Positions 1 through 9,131 of a stretch of DNA of 64,000 nt are shown piece after piece. The notes beneath the pieces were generated by a model. That model was not told the DNA's origin. It ran no database searches and saw only the letters and a list, made by a program, of their open reading frames with translations. Source of the DNA: an uncultured Planctomycetota bacterium (GTDB lineage: Bacteria; Planctomycetota; Planctomycetia; Isosphaerales; Isosphaeraceae); the NCBI GenBank assembly GCA_963823665.1, contig CAWGMQ010000003.1, positions 1,696,001 through 1,760,000 of the forward strand, written 5' to 3'. The position numbers and the translations under genes were made by a program. Every line of letters starts with the position of its first letter. Position 1 is the stretch's first letter.

Positions 1-394
1 CCGTCGACGTGAGGAACTGCTTGATCAGCCCATCAACGTCAGCCGAAGTCAAGGAAGGCGCCGCAACCACCCGCTCCGGCCGCGGTGGCAAAGGCCCCTT
101 GGGCCCTTCCCCCGCATCCGAGTCTCCTCGATTCTGCTTCCTCGCCGCTTTCGCCTTCGCTTGCGCCTTCTTTCGTGCTTCACCGCCCTCGGCCTGTTTT
201 CCTTGCGCACCGCGTTTCTTGTCTGCGGCCCTGGGCGGCGCCTTGCCGTCGTCTTGCGGCGAAGGCTCGAATGACATCACAACCGTGCTAGAAGCCAGCA
301 CCATGCCGGCACACGCACTCGCCACCAACCCGCGCACGATAGGTCGGAACCCAATCCACCCGGGGCCACACTCGCTGGTGCGTGTGCAAGTCAT
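1..394 (-). CDS. N-terminal part of an exported protein running off the window, possibly DUF1549/DUF1553 family
   Basis: Not in the ORF track. ATG at 394 with GAGGATGAGGGA upstream; open frame MTCTRTSECGPGWIGFRPIVRGLVASACAGMVLASS..., then a K/A-rich linker, then SLTSADVDGLIKQFL. The family is a guess from that last helix. Confidence 0.55.
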   Translation of the reverse strand, partial: MTCTRTSECGPGWIGFRPIVRGLVASACAGMVLASSTVVMSFEPSPQDDGKAPPRAADKKRGAQGKQAEGGEARKKAQAKAKAARKQNRGDSDAGEGPKGPLPPRPERVVAAPSLTSADVDGLIKQFLTST

Positions 395-658
395 GAAGAT
401 TCCCTCATCCTCGACCAACGCTTTCATTCTAGAATAGCTCTACCAAATTGAACCCACCACTGCCCCGGAAGTTTCGAAAGTTTGACCGACCGTCGCTCGG
501 CACGCCTTTTGCCCCCCAGATCTCAAGACGATTCAACTACATTGTGGTACGATGCATTTGGGCAAATCGTGTCACGCATCATGGTGAATCGACCAAAGGC
601 GGCGGAAATTCTCAGATCGCGCATCAGGCGCGAATCGAACACCCAAAGGAGCACAGCC

Positions 659-1576
659 ATGTTGGGCGAACCGCGTCGTATCGGTGGAAAGCTTTCCTTG
701 GTGGTCTTAAGCCTGGCCCTCACGATTTGGCTCGCCGGCGGCGTGACAGCATTCGCTCACGGTGGGGGCGGCGGTGGCGGCGGCGGGCACGGCGGTGGCG
801 GTGGATTCGGTGGTGGTCACATGGGCGGGTTCGGCGGCGGGTTCGGCGGGTTCGGCGGCGGATACGGTGGCTTTGGCCGCGGCATCGGATATGGCGGATA
901 TGGCGGATTCGGCGGACTCGGGCGGTTCGGTTATGGTGGATTCGGATACGGCGGATTCGGTTGGGGATATCCGTGGTACGGTTATGGGTTGGGCGGTTAC
1001 GGGTTAGGTTACGGGTACGGGGGTTACGGCTTGGGCGGCTACGGCTTGGGCGGCTACGGCTTGGGCGGCTACGGCTTGGGCGGCTACGGAATGGGCGGCT
1101 ACGGAATGGGCGGCTACGGAATGGGCGGCTACGGAATGGGCGGCTACGGAATGGGCGGCTATGGGTACCCTTACTACGGAAGCGGATACGGCTATCCTTC
1201 TTACGGGTACGGTGTCGCTTCGGCATATCCTGCCGCCGGCGCCGGCTTCAGCTATTCGCCAGCATACGTCGCGCCGGGTCAGGCGGCGTCTCCCGGCGTG
1301 GTGAACGGCCGTAGGATCCTGGGAATCGACGAAGAGCCGGTCGTGCTCTCCGACGGTCGCAAGGCGATGAAAATCACGAACGTTTACACGGACACCGGTG
1401 CCGCAAAGGCTGGGCTTCAGGTGGGCGACGTGCTGATTTCGGCCAACGGCTACCTCACCGAACAGCGCGGCAATCTGGCCTGGATCATCGCCAAAGCGAC
1501 CCCGGGGACCGAGCTGAAATTGGTTGTCCGCACCGTGAAAGACGGCAAGGACCACACCGTCATGGCCACGATCTGA
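659..1576 (+). CDS. Secreted Gly/Tyr-rich low-complexity protein with C-terminal PDZ domain
   Basis: AAGGAG RBS before ATG 659; signal peptide ending VTAFA; GGYG(L/M) repeats; PDZ-like C-terminus (ILGI...ITNVYTDTGAAKAGLQVGDVLISANG). Confidence 0.85.
   Translation: MLGEPRRIGGKLSLVVLSLALTIWLAGGVTAFAHGGGGGGGGGHGGGGGFGGGHMGGFGGGFGGFGGGYGGFGRGIGYGGYGGFGGLGRFGYGGFGYGGFGWGYPWYGYGLGGYGLGYGYGGYGLGGYGLGGYGLGGYGLGGYGMGGYGMGGYGMGGYGMGGYGMGGYGYPYYGSGYGYPSYGYGVASAYPAAGAGFSYSPAYVAPGQAASPGVVNGRRILGIDEEPVVLSDGRKAMKITNVYTDTGAAKAGLQVGDVLISANGYLTEQRGNLAWIIAKATPGTELKLVVRTVKDGKDHTVMATI
1024..1163 (+). repeat. 15-bp tandem repeat (GGCGGCTACGGCTTG / GGCGGCTACGGAATG), about 9 units, encoding GGYGL/GGYGM
   Basis: Read directly from the sequence. 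Confidence 0.95.
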
Positions 1577-1586
1577 GAGCACAAGC

Positions 1587-1614
1587 GTTGGGCGCGGGTC
1601 TCCCGACCCCGCCC
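1587..1614. repeat. REP-like palindrome
   Basis: GTTG head then GGGCG-C-GGGTC tccc GACCC-CGCCC, 10 nt after the stop codon, between convergent genes. Confidence 0.55.
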
Positions 1615-1675
1615 GCAGCTCTCCAGCCGCGCGGGCCCGATAACGAGACGGGGTGCGCCCGCCCGCCAGGATCGC

Positions 1676-2023
1676 TCAGCCCCCAGACCAATCCATGATG
1701 AGGAACATCACGCCCAGAACGATCAGGCTGACGACGGCGAGCATCCCGCTCGGCATGAATTTCCGGGTTTTGGCCGCGTACCGATAAGCGAATAGGATGA
1801 ACAAGCTGATCGACAGGATCATCCCCAGCGCGATGCCCATGTTCCGATTCTTGTCGGCGAGTGAAAGCCCCACCGCCGCGAACGCAACCAGAGCGCTCAC
1901 CAAGCCGGCGATCAACGACGACCGGCTCCCCGCCTTCACGAAACCGATAATGCCTCCGACTCCCAGCAGCAGAGCATAAATCCCCAAGGTAATCGGCGCG
2001 ATCAGCGGGTTCGGTCCGAGCAT
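1676..2023 (-). CDS. TMEM14-family small membrane protein
   Basis: YALLLGVGGIIGFVKAGSRSSLIAG and KFMPSG motifs; about 4 hydrophobic helices. Confidence 0.85.
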   Translation of the reverse strand: MLGPNPLIAPITLGIYALLLGVGGIIGFVKAGSRSSLIAGLVSALVAFAAVGLSLADKNRNMGIALGMILSISLFILFAYRYAAKTRKFMPSGMLAVVSLIVLGVMFLIMDWSGG

Positions 2024-2197
2024 CAGGTGGTTCTCCGGTGCACGTGTGCAGGATTCACTCTAGGGATCACGCAGCCGAACGTCAACGCGGCCGTTCGAAA
2101 ACAGCACGGCGAGAAGGGCGGCGCTTGCTCGCGCCTCCGCTCTCGCCGTGATCGTTGTGGTCGTCGCGACCGAATCAAGCGACCAAGCCGCTCGGAA

Positions 2198-2686
2198 TTA
2201 CTCCGGTTTCGCAGGTGGTGGCACTTCTCCCGGCGCCGGGGCGGCGGGAACAGGGGGCACTTGCGGCGGCGGAACAGCCCCGCCAGGCACTTCGGCGCCC
2301 GGCATTGCACCGGGAGCGCCCGGTGGCACCGTTTCTGGCATTGTGTTGATGTTCTGGATGCGGCCACCCCGTTGTATCGTTCCTTGCGTCGGGTCGATCG
2401 CACCACCACCGACCGGCCCCCCTCCCACCGGCGGAGGCGGCTCGATCCCCATCGCCCGCATCCGGGCTCGCTGCGTCGCCGCCTGCGAGTTCGCCCACGG
2501 GAAGTCAGGCCCCGATGGGAAATACTGGACGTCGTCGTGCATGTACCGGCCCGAGGGCAACGTCATCCCTGCGTATTCCACCTGGCAGCCGACCGAAGGC
2601 AATATCGTGCCGATCGCCAAGGCCGACCAAAGCGCCACGCGCCGCCTCGTGGACCCTCGCGGCGATCTCATCCGGGGCAAAACCAT
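2198..2686 (-). CDS. Planctomycete-type lipoprotein with Pro/Gly-rich tail
   Basis: ATG 2686 after GGAGGG; RRR plus hydrophobic stretch plus SVGC lipobox; GCQVEYAGMTLPSGRYMHDDVQYFPSGPDF core. Confidence 0.7.
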   Translation of the reverse strand: MVLPRMRSPRGSTRRRVALWSALAIGTILPSVGCQVEYAGMTLPSGRYMHDDVQYFPSGPDFPWANSQAATQRARMRAMGIEPPPPVGGGPVGGGAIDPTQGTIQRGGRIQNINTMPETVPPGAPGAMPGAEVPGGAVPPPQVPPVPAAPAPGEVPPPAKPE

Positions 2687-2756
2687 CGCTTCCACCCTCC
2701 TTGGCGTCTCCGGCGTTCTCACCCTCATTCTCGAGGGAACCAAACCGCCGTCGGGA

Positions 2757-2908
2757 GTCCATTCCTCGTCCCGCCACCCCGAGTCTGCTGGCCATCGTTG
2801 GTCAGGCTCTCCGCCTGACACGCCTCTGGTCCATTCCTCGCCCCGCCAGCACGAGACTGTTGGCCATCGAACGTCAGGCTCCAGCCCGACGCTCCTCCGG
2901 TCCATTCC
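2757..2908. repeat. 71-72 bp imperfect tandem repeat (2 copies plus the start of a third) in the leader of the lipoprotein gene
   Basis: GTCCATTCC starts at 2757, 2829 and 2900; shared TGGCCATCG...GTCAGGCTC cores in the first two copies. Confidence 0.85.
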
Positions 2909-3193
2909 ACTCTCCGGCCGTGTTCAATCCACCTTCGGGCGCGGTCGTCGGGTTATTTACTCGCTTAAGGAATCGGCCGATTCGACCGTTTTGGACCAAT
3001 GATTCCTCTCGATTCCAAGAAATGTCTCTTGACGGTCGCAACGCGCCCACCACCAACCAACCCGACCCCGGCGTCGCATGGAACGATGCATGAAACCATC
3101 GATTCAGTTCCGATTTCACGGTATCCGCCCCGTACTCGGCGAGCGGCCCTGGTAGAATTCATCGTCAATGTAAACCGGAAACCGAGAGTGACC

Positions 3194-4084
3194 ATGCGTC
3201 TGGACAAGCGGATCGCTGTGGAGTTCGGCCTTTCGCGGAGAGCAAGCACGATCGCCGTCCAGCGCGGGCACGTCGATGTCGCCGGCCACACCTGCCTTGA
3301 CCCCGCCCGCGACATTGAGCCGATCACTCCGGTGACCTATCATCCCAGCCGCCCCAGACCTGAGACGATCGCGCGGCGGCTTCGTGTCCTTTTCGAGGAT
3401 CGCGATATCCTCATCGTCGACAAGCCCGCCGGTCTCTTGACCCAGCCCACCCCTGATCGCGAGCGCGACACGCTCCTTGAGCGCGCCGGCCGCTATCTCT
3501 CGCAGAAACGCGGCCTCGCTAGCCCCTACGTCGGCATCGTTCACCGGATCGACAAGCTGACTTCCGGCGTGATCCTCCTGGTCTGCTCACCCAGAGCGCT
3601 CCGGCCGTTTCAGGGCCTGTTTCGCTCGCATGCCATCGAGCGCTCGTATCTCGCCGTGGTCGACGGCGTCGTCCAATCGGCCAGGGGAACGATTGACCGG
3701 CCTCTCGTGGCCGACCGCGGCGACGGCCGCCGCGGCATCGCACACAGCGCGGAGCACGGCGTTCCGGCAATCACGCACTACGAGGTGATCGAACACTTCG
3801 GCCTCCGGGGCAGCCTGCTCACCTGCCGCCTCGAAACCGGGCGCACCCACCAGATCCGGATCCATCTCGCCGAGATCGGCCATCCGGTCGTGGGTGATCC
3901 CATCTACGGACGCAAAGCATCGAGCCGCTTCCCCGCCCCTCTCCCCCGCCAGGCACTTCACGCCCAGGCACTTGGATTCGTGCACCCGATGACCGGCCAA
4001 GCCCTGCGCGTCGAGGCTCCGCTGCCAACCGACATGAAGGACCTCATCGCAGGCCTGCGCGAGCAATTCGGATCGCAACGGTGA
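3194..4084 (+). CDS. RluA/RluD-family 23S rRNA pseudouridine synthase with S4-like N-terminus
   Basis: MRLDK start, DKPAGL, catalytic HRIDKLTSG, LETGRTHQIRIH, GHPVVGDPIYG, RQALHA. Start codon uncertain. Confidence 0.93.
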   Translation: MRLDKRIAVEFGLSRRASTIAVQRGHVDVAGHTCLDPARDIEPITPVTYHPSRPRPETIARRLRVLFEDRDILIVDKPAGLLTQPTPDRERDTLLERAGRYLSQKRGLASPYVGIVHRIDKLTSGVILLVCSPRALRPFQGLFRSHAIERSYLAVVDGVVQSARGTIDRPLVADRGDGRRGIAHSAEHGVPAITHYEVIEHFGLRGSLLTCRLETGRTHQIRIHLAEIGHPVVGDPIYGRKASSRFPAPLPRQALHAQALGFVHPMTGQALRVEAPLPTDMKDLIAGLREQFGSQR

Positions 4085-4097
4085 CGGAATGGACCGT

Positions 4098-4661
4098 TCA
4101 CTCGAAGAATCGACTGACTCGGACGCGGAAGTCACCGAGCACGTCTGGAATGGTTAGCTCCTCGTCGGCGCCTAGTAAACGAGTCATCCCGTCGGCTCGA
4201 TAGAGTTGTGCCATCCGCCGCTGATCGTCGAGCACGAGCACGACGATGGTGCCCGCATCGAGATACTCCGCAACCTTTCCCAGAACCTTCGGCCATCGGT
4301 CGCTGGGCGACCAGACCTCGACAACCAGGTCGGGTGCGACATCCAGGTAGCGGTCAGGCAGAGGGCCCTTGGGAACGCGGGCATAACTGTAGAAGGAGAT
4401 GTCAGCTCCTCGCACCGTGTCGGGACCGCGCTCAGTAATCACGCCCGTGCCGTTGCAGAAGACGCGACCTAGATCGCGCTCCTCGGCGTAATTCCCCAGG
4501 ATTCGTCCAGCTTTGTTGCAGATTTCGCCATGTCTCGGCTTGGGCATCGGCATCGGCACGATCCTTCCTCGAACAAGCTCCTCGGGATACCCAGGATCGG
4601 GCCGGGCGGCGAATTCTTCCGCGGTCATGAACGTTGGTGACGTCAGAGATGCGGTGGACAT
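4098..4661 (-). CDS. Uma2-family (PD-(D/E)xK) endonuclease
   Basis: MTAEEF, ELVRG, PDTVRGADISF, APDLVVEVWSPSD, KVAEYLDAG; AGGAGG RBS. Confidence 0.92.
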   Translation of the reverse strand: MSTASLTSPTFMTAEEFAARPDPGYPEELVRGRIVPMPMPKPRHGEICNKAGRILGNYAEERDLGRVFCNGTGVITERGPDTVRGADISFYSYARVPKGPLPDRYLDVAPDLVVEVWSPSDRWPKVLGKVAEYLDAGTIVVLVLDDQRRMAQLYRADGMTRLLGADEELTIPDVLGDFRVRVSRFFE

Positions 4662-4730
4662 GGCAACCTCCTGGATCGGTCTTCGTTTCGTTCATGACCG
4701 CATTCGAGCCAGGTGCTGAACACGCGGGAC

Positions 4731-5660
4731 CTACCTCGCCCCCGGTATCTGGTAAGCACCGACGATGACCGTCACATTGTCGGTTCCTCCGCGCAGCAGG
4801 GCTTCCTCGAGCAGGGCCCCGGCTGCGTCCTTCGGCTTTTCGTGGTTGAGCATGATCTCGGCGATCCCGGCGTCGTCGACCATGTCGGTCAAGCCGTCGC
4901 TGCATAAGAGGAGCCGGTCGCCGTCGGCAATACGCAGCCAGCGGACGTCGCCCTTGACCTTCCCGGAATGCCCCCCCAGGAAATTGGTGAGGACGTGCCG
5001 CTTCCGATGGTGGCGAACTTCCTCCGGTGCAATGTAGCCTGCGTCGGCCATCGCCTGGGCAACCGTATGGTCCTTCGTCAAAAGCTGCAAATGACCTTTT
5101 CTGAAGAGATAAGCACGTGAGTCGCCCAGGTGGATGATGAACAGGTCAACGCCCGCGCTGTACGCGACCGTGAGTGTCGTGCCCATCCCGAACAGCCGGT
5201 GGTCGCCCTCGCTCTTCTTGGTGATCGCTTCATCGATCGCCTTAACGTGGTCCCTGACTCGCGCGAAGAACTCGCGCGCTTCTTTCTTGTTGATCTGGAA
5301 GCCCCATTTGGGCGAGTGATTCACCAGTTTGAGCGCGGTCGTGATCGCCAGCCGGCTCGCCACTTCGCCGGCCGCCATACCCCCCATTCCGTCGGCAATG
5401 ATCATCGTGTAGCCGTCATCCTCATACCGGGTGGGAAGGTGACTGTCAATGACGTTGGTGCCAAGCACCTCATGGTTGCGGCTGACCTTCGAGACCAGAT
5501 AATGATCCTCGTTCTTGACACGCACCTTGCCGGGATCGCTCACCGCCGCAAAATCAAAGCCGACGACCGACGTCGGTGGCTTGAACTGGCCGGTCTCGAA
5601 CGCCGACGGCGAAATCGATATCTCGTAGTCCGTCGTTTCCATATCCAGGGAGAAAGCCAT
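4731..5660 (-). CDS. PP2C/PPM Ser/Thr protein phosphatase
   Basis: GKVRVKNED, IADGMGG, MGTTLT, HLGDSRAY, DHT, LLCSDGLTD, GGTDNVT. Confidence 0.95.
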   Translation of the reverse strand: MAFSLDMETTDYEISISPSAFETGQFKPPTSVVGFDFAAVSDPGKVRVKNEDHYLVSKVSRNHEVLGTNVIDSHLPTRYEDDGYTMIIADGMGGMAAGEVASRLAITTALKLVNHSPKWGFQINKKEAREFFARVRDHVKAIDEAITKKSEGDHRLFGMGTTLTVAYSAGVDLFIIHLGDSRAYLFRKGHLQLLTKDHTVAQAMADAGYIAPEEVRHHRKRHVLTNFLGGHSGKVKGDVRWLRIADGDRLLLCSDGLTDMVDDAGIAEIMLNHEKPKDAAGALLEEALLRGGTDNVTVIVGAYQIPGAR

Positions 5661-5689
5661 CGGGGTTCGCTCCGAATCGTGAACAAGTG

Positions 5690-6617
5690 TTAGTTCGGGC
5701 GATCCTTCGCCGATTTTTCACCGGCCCCCGCGGCTTTCTCCTTCGTCGTTTCACCCGGAGTGCCCTTCCCCTGCTCGTCGCGCTTCGAGGCCTCGGCCGG
5801 CTTCTCAAAAATGATCACGTGCTGCCACGGCAGAAACTCGAGCGACTCCTTGAACGTGAAGCCCTGGGGCTCGACCTCAAGTCGCACTTGCTTGAGCGTC
5901 ATCTTGTGCTCGGGCTTGATCGGGACGTTTTCATCCTCCCCCCGGAATTCGACAAGCACGAGCCGTCCCTTGGGTTTGAGCGCACTGAAGAGCCCCTTCA
6001 AGCGTGATCTCCGGGTTTGTGCACTCATGATAGACGTCAACCATCAGGATGAGGTCAACCGCACCGGCCGGCAGCTTGGTGTCGAGCTGGGTGGCGCGGA
6101 TGGGCTTGATATTCGTCACCCTGGCCTCGCGCGCATTCCGCTGAAGCATCACCAGCATTTCCGGCTGCAAGTCAGTGGCGAGAACCACTCCCGTGGGGCC
6201 GACTCGTCGCGCCAGGCGGAGGCTGTGATAGCCCGCGCCGGCGCCGACGTCGGCCACGGTCGCGCCCTTGGATATCTTGAGCGCATCGAGCATGGCTTCG
6301 GGCTGCTCTTCCTCGACGCGCGTCTCGCGAAACAGCCAGTCGACCCCCTCCCACGACATCACGTCCGCGATCTGCCGGCCCATGTAAAAGCCGGGTTCGT
6401 CGCGCCGCGACTTCGCCTGCCTGGTGCGCGTGCCTTTGGATCTGGACTTCGCCTTGGATTTCGCCTTTGCGTCGTCGGAATCTTGCCCCGTCTTCTCGTC
6501 GGCCTTCGGCTGACTCTCCTGCTTTGCCTGGGGAGGCTCTGGCGCTGCCGTCTGGGCAAGGAGAGGATGTCCAGCAGCGGCGATCATCAGTCCCAGCAAG
6601 ACGGGCACCAGGCTCAT
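5690..6617 (-). CDS. Exported class I SAM-dependent methyltransferase (one frameshift near 6003)
   Basis: Signal peptide; [26 protein letters not shown]-terminus ([16 protein letters not shown]...LPWQH) continues in the ORF ending at 5690. Confidence 0.85.
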
Positions 6618-6655
6618 TCGAGGCAGAGAGCTTTCAGGCGACCATGGTTTCGTCC

Positions 6656-7410
6656 TCAGTCGGCGATTGCGTAGCGAATGATGCAATAAAGTGCCTGGAA
6701 CCCGTCTTTCAGCCCGATCTTTTTGCCTTCGCGATAGGTTCGCCCGTGATAGGCGACGGGAACCTCGTAGATCCGGCACGGCCGCGGCGCCTCGCCGTTC
6801 GCACCGGGTACCTTGAACCGGGCCACCTTGGCCGTCACCTCCGGCTCGAAGCCAAACCGGTCGCTCTTCAAGCTCGATTCCCTGGATCACCTCGCGGCGG
6901 AAAACCTTGTAGCAGACCTCCATGTCGGTCAGGTTCAGGTTCGTGAACATGTTGGATAAGAAGCGTCAGGAACTTGTTGGCCAGCGAATGCCAGAAGTAC
7001 AGCACCCGGTGCGTCTCACCGATGAACCGCGAGCCGAAGACAACGTCCGCCTGGCCCGCCACGATCGGCTGGATCAGCTCCGGATATTGCTCGGGATCGT
7101 ACTCCAGATCGGCATCCTGCACGATGACGATGTCGCCGGTGGCATAGCGGAAGCCGGTGCGAAGCGCTGCCCCCTTACCCTTGTTTCTCTCTTGAAAAAT
7201 GACCTTCAGATCGTCGTCGCTCGACTTCTCCAGCTCGCGCAGAATCTCACGAGTGCCATCCCGCGAACAGTCGTCGACCACGATGATCTGGGTCTTGATC
7301 GGAACCGCCCGCACTCGCCGCAGAATCTCGTGAATGGTGGCCCGTTCGTCATAGACTGGTATCACGACGGAAAGCGTGAGCGTATCCGGTATTGGGAAAC
7401 GGAATTCCAT
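6656..7410 (-). CDS. GT2 glycosyltransferase, polyprenol-phosphate (DPM-synthase-like); frameshifts near 6955 and 6870
   Basis: [38 protein letters not shown]; then [12 protein letters not shown] and [16 protein letters not shown] in successive frames. Confidence 0.9.
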
Positions 7411-7790
7411 AGATTGCTGGGGATTCGTGATGGATTGTTCGTTGTTCGCGCTGCGACGATGCCACGTGATTTTCGAACTGCGTTCTTCAGACAACAGGAT
7501 AAGCGACGCTCCCGCTCAAGGGAAGCCGACATACTTCCAGCCGGAAGGCGTCCTGGCGGTGAACTTCCTGAGCGGCAAATCCCCCCTCTCGCGCTTTCAG
7601 AACATACTGCGGCCGGCAAAGCCTTCATGAACTCTTCATGGCGATGCAATCGCTGATCGAGCACGTCTCGACGCGCTGGTTTCTTGCGTTACTGGGTTTA
7701 GACGGCAAACAATTGTCACTCGGAAGAGCCAGCGCCGACCGCGAAAATTCCGAACACCCACCGAAATCTTGGCCCCAATCGAGGTGATTG

Positions 7791-9011
7791 ATGCGAAAGC
7801 ATGTCTTGTTTGTCATTTCGCCGGCAGTGTTCGTGAGCGTTGCATCGCTCGCCACCTCATTCGTCGCTGCGCAGGAAACGCCGTCGCCTGCCTTGCTCGT
7901 CCTGCATAAGGGCGAGAACGCGATGGCGATCATCGACCCGCAAACCGGGAAGATCTTCGGTCATGTGCCCACCGGGCAAGATCCGCACGAATTGGCGGTT
8001 TCCAGCGACGGCAAACTCGCTTTCGCCAGCAATTACGCGGGTCCAGGACCGCGCGGCGGCAATACGCTGTCCGTCATCGACATCGCGGCGCGGAAGGAGC
8101 TGCACCGAGTTGATCTCGGTCCGCTCAGCCGCCCGCACGGGCTGTGGTTTTCCGACGGCAAGCTGTACTTCACCGCCGAGGGAAGCATGGCCATCGCGCG
8201 CTACGACCCGCAGAGTAACAAGATCGATTGGCTGCTCGGGTTGGGTCAAGATCGCACGCACATGATCCTGGTCAGCAAGGACCAGAAGACGATTTTCACC
8301 TCGAATGTGAGCTCAAACACGATCAGCATCATTGAGCGCGGAACCTTCGGACGACCCGGCGGACCGGGTGGACCAGGCGGACCTCCTCCAGGCGGCCCGG
8401 GTGGACCCCCACCTGACCGTGCGGGCGGACCTCCTCCCGATGGACCAGGTGGACCCCCTCCCGGCCGACCGGACGGCGGGCCTCCTCCAGGTGGACAGGG
8501 CGGGCCAGGTGGAAGGCAGGGTGGACGACCGCCCGGGGGACCAGGCGGACCGGGTTGGAAGCAGACGGTTATCCCGGTGGGGAGGGGTCCCGAGGGCTTC
8601 GACCTCTCGCCGGACGGAAAGGAGATTTGGGCAGCACATTCGGGCGACGGACAAATCTCGGTCATCGACGTCGCCACCAAGAAGGTCGTACAGACGATCG
8701 ATGCCGGCGCGACCCGTGCCAACCGCCTGAAATTCACACCGGATGGAAAACTGGTGATCGTCTCTGAGCTAGGCGGTGGTGGGGGCGGTCTGGTCTTTCT
8801 CGACGCCGGCACGCGATCCATAAAGCAGCGCCTGAGGCTCGGGGGCGCCAGCGGAATCCTGATTCCGCCCGACGGATCTCGCGCCTATGTCGCGCTCACC
8901 GGCGCGAACGCCGTCGCAGTGATCGACCTCAAGGAGCTCAAAGAGATCGACCGCCTGAAGACCGGCTCCGGTCCCGACGGGATGGCCTGGCTGCCTGCGA
9001 AGGCACCATAA
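7791..9011 (+). CDS. Secreted YVTN/YncE-type beta-propeller protein with a Gly/Pro-rich insertion
   Basis: Signal peptide (FVAA-Q); PHELAVSSDG, NTLSVID, PEGFDLSPDG, GPDGMAW blades; GP-rich loop at about 8350-8555. Confidence 0.85.
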   Translation: MRKHVLFVISPAVFVSVASLATSFVAAQETPSPALLVLHKGENAMAIIDPQTGKIFGHVPTGQDPHELAVSSDGKLAFASNYAGPGPRGGNTLSVIDIAARKELHRVDLGPLSRPHGLWFSDGKLYFTAEGSMAIARYDPQSNKIDWLLGLGQDRTHMILVSKDQKTIFTSNVSSNTISIIERGTFGRPGGPGGPGGPPPGGPGGPPPDRAGGPPPDGPGGPPPGRPDGGPPPGGQGGPGGRQGGRPPGGPGGPGWKQTVIPVGRGPEGFDLSPDGKEIWAAHSGDGQISVIDVATKKVVQTIDAGATRANRLKFTPDGKLVIVSELGGGGGGLVFLDAGTRSIKQRLRLGGASGILIPPDGSRAYVALTGANAVAVIDLKELKEIDRLKTGSGPDGMAWLPAKAP

Positions 9012-9131
9012 GCCGGAGAATGCGCGGTTGCAGCGGTCAGACCCAGGTCGGAAAATCGCTCTTTAGCAAATAGGGTCTCCAGAGCTTCCGACCTGAAGCC
9101 GCTCGGCACCGACCGAGTTGTGATTGCAACC

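Noticed and set aside
448..1314. Arg-rich 288-aa ORF with RLRLG/RLRNG repeats
   Set aside because: Alternative frame of the GGYG repeat gene, which has the RBS, signal peptide and PDZ domain.
2757..2908. Possible CRISPR array
   Set aside because: Only 2-3 units, the 'spacers' are homologous to each other, and no cas genes are present.
4098..4661. Uma2 gene as part of a restriction or defence system
   Set aside because: Stand-alone, with no methylase or partner; Uma2 paralogues are commonly scattered in planctomycete genomes.
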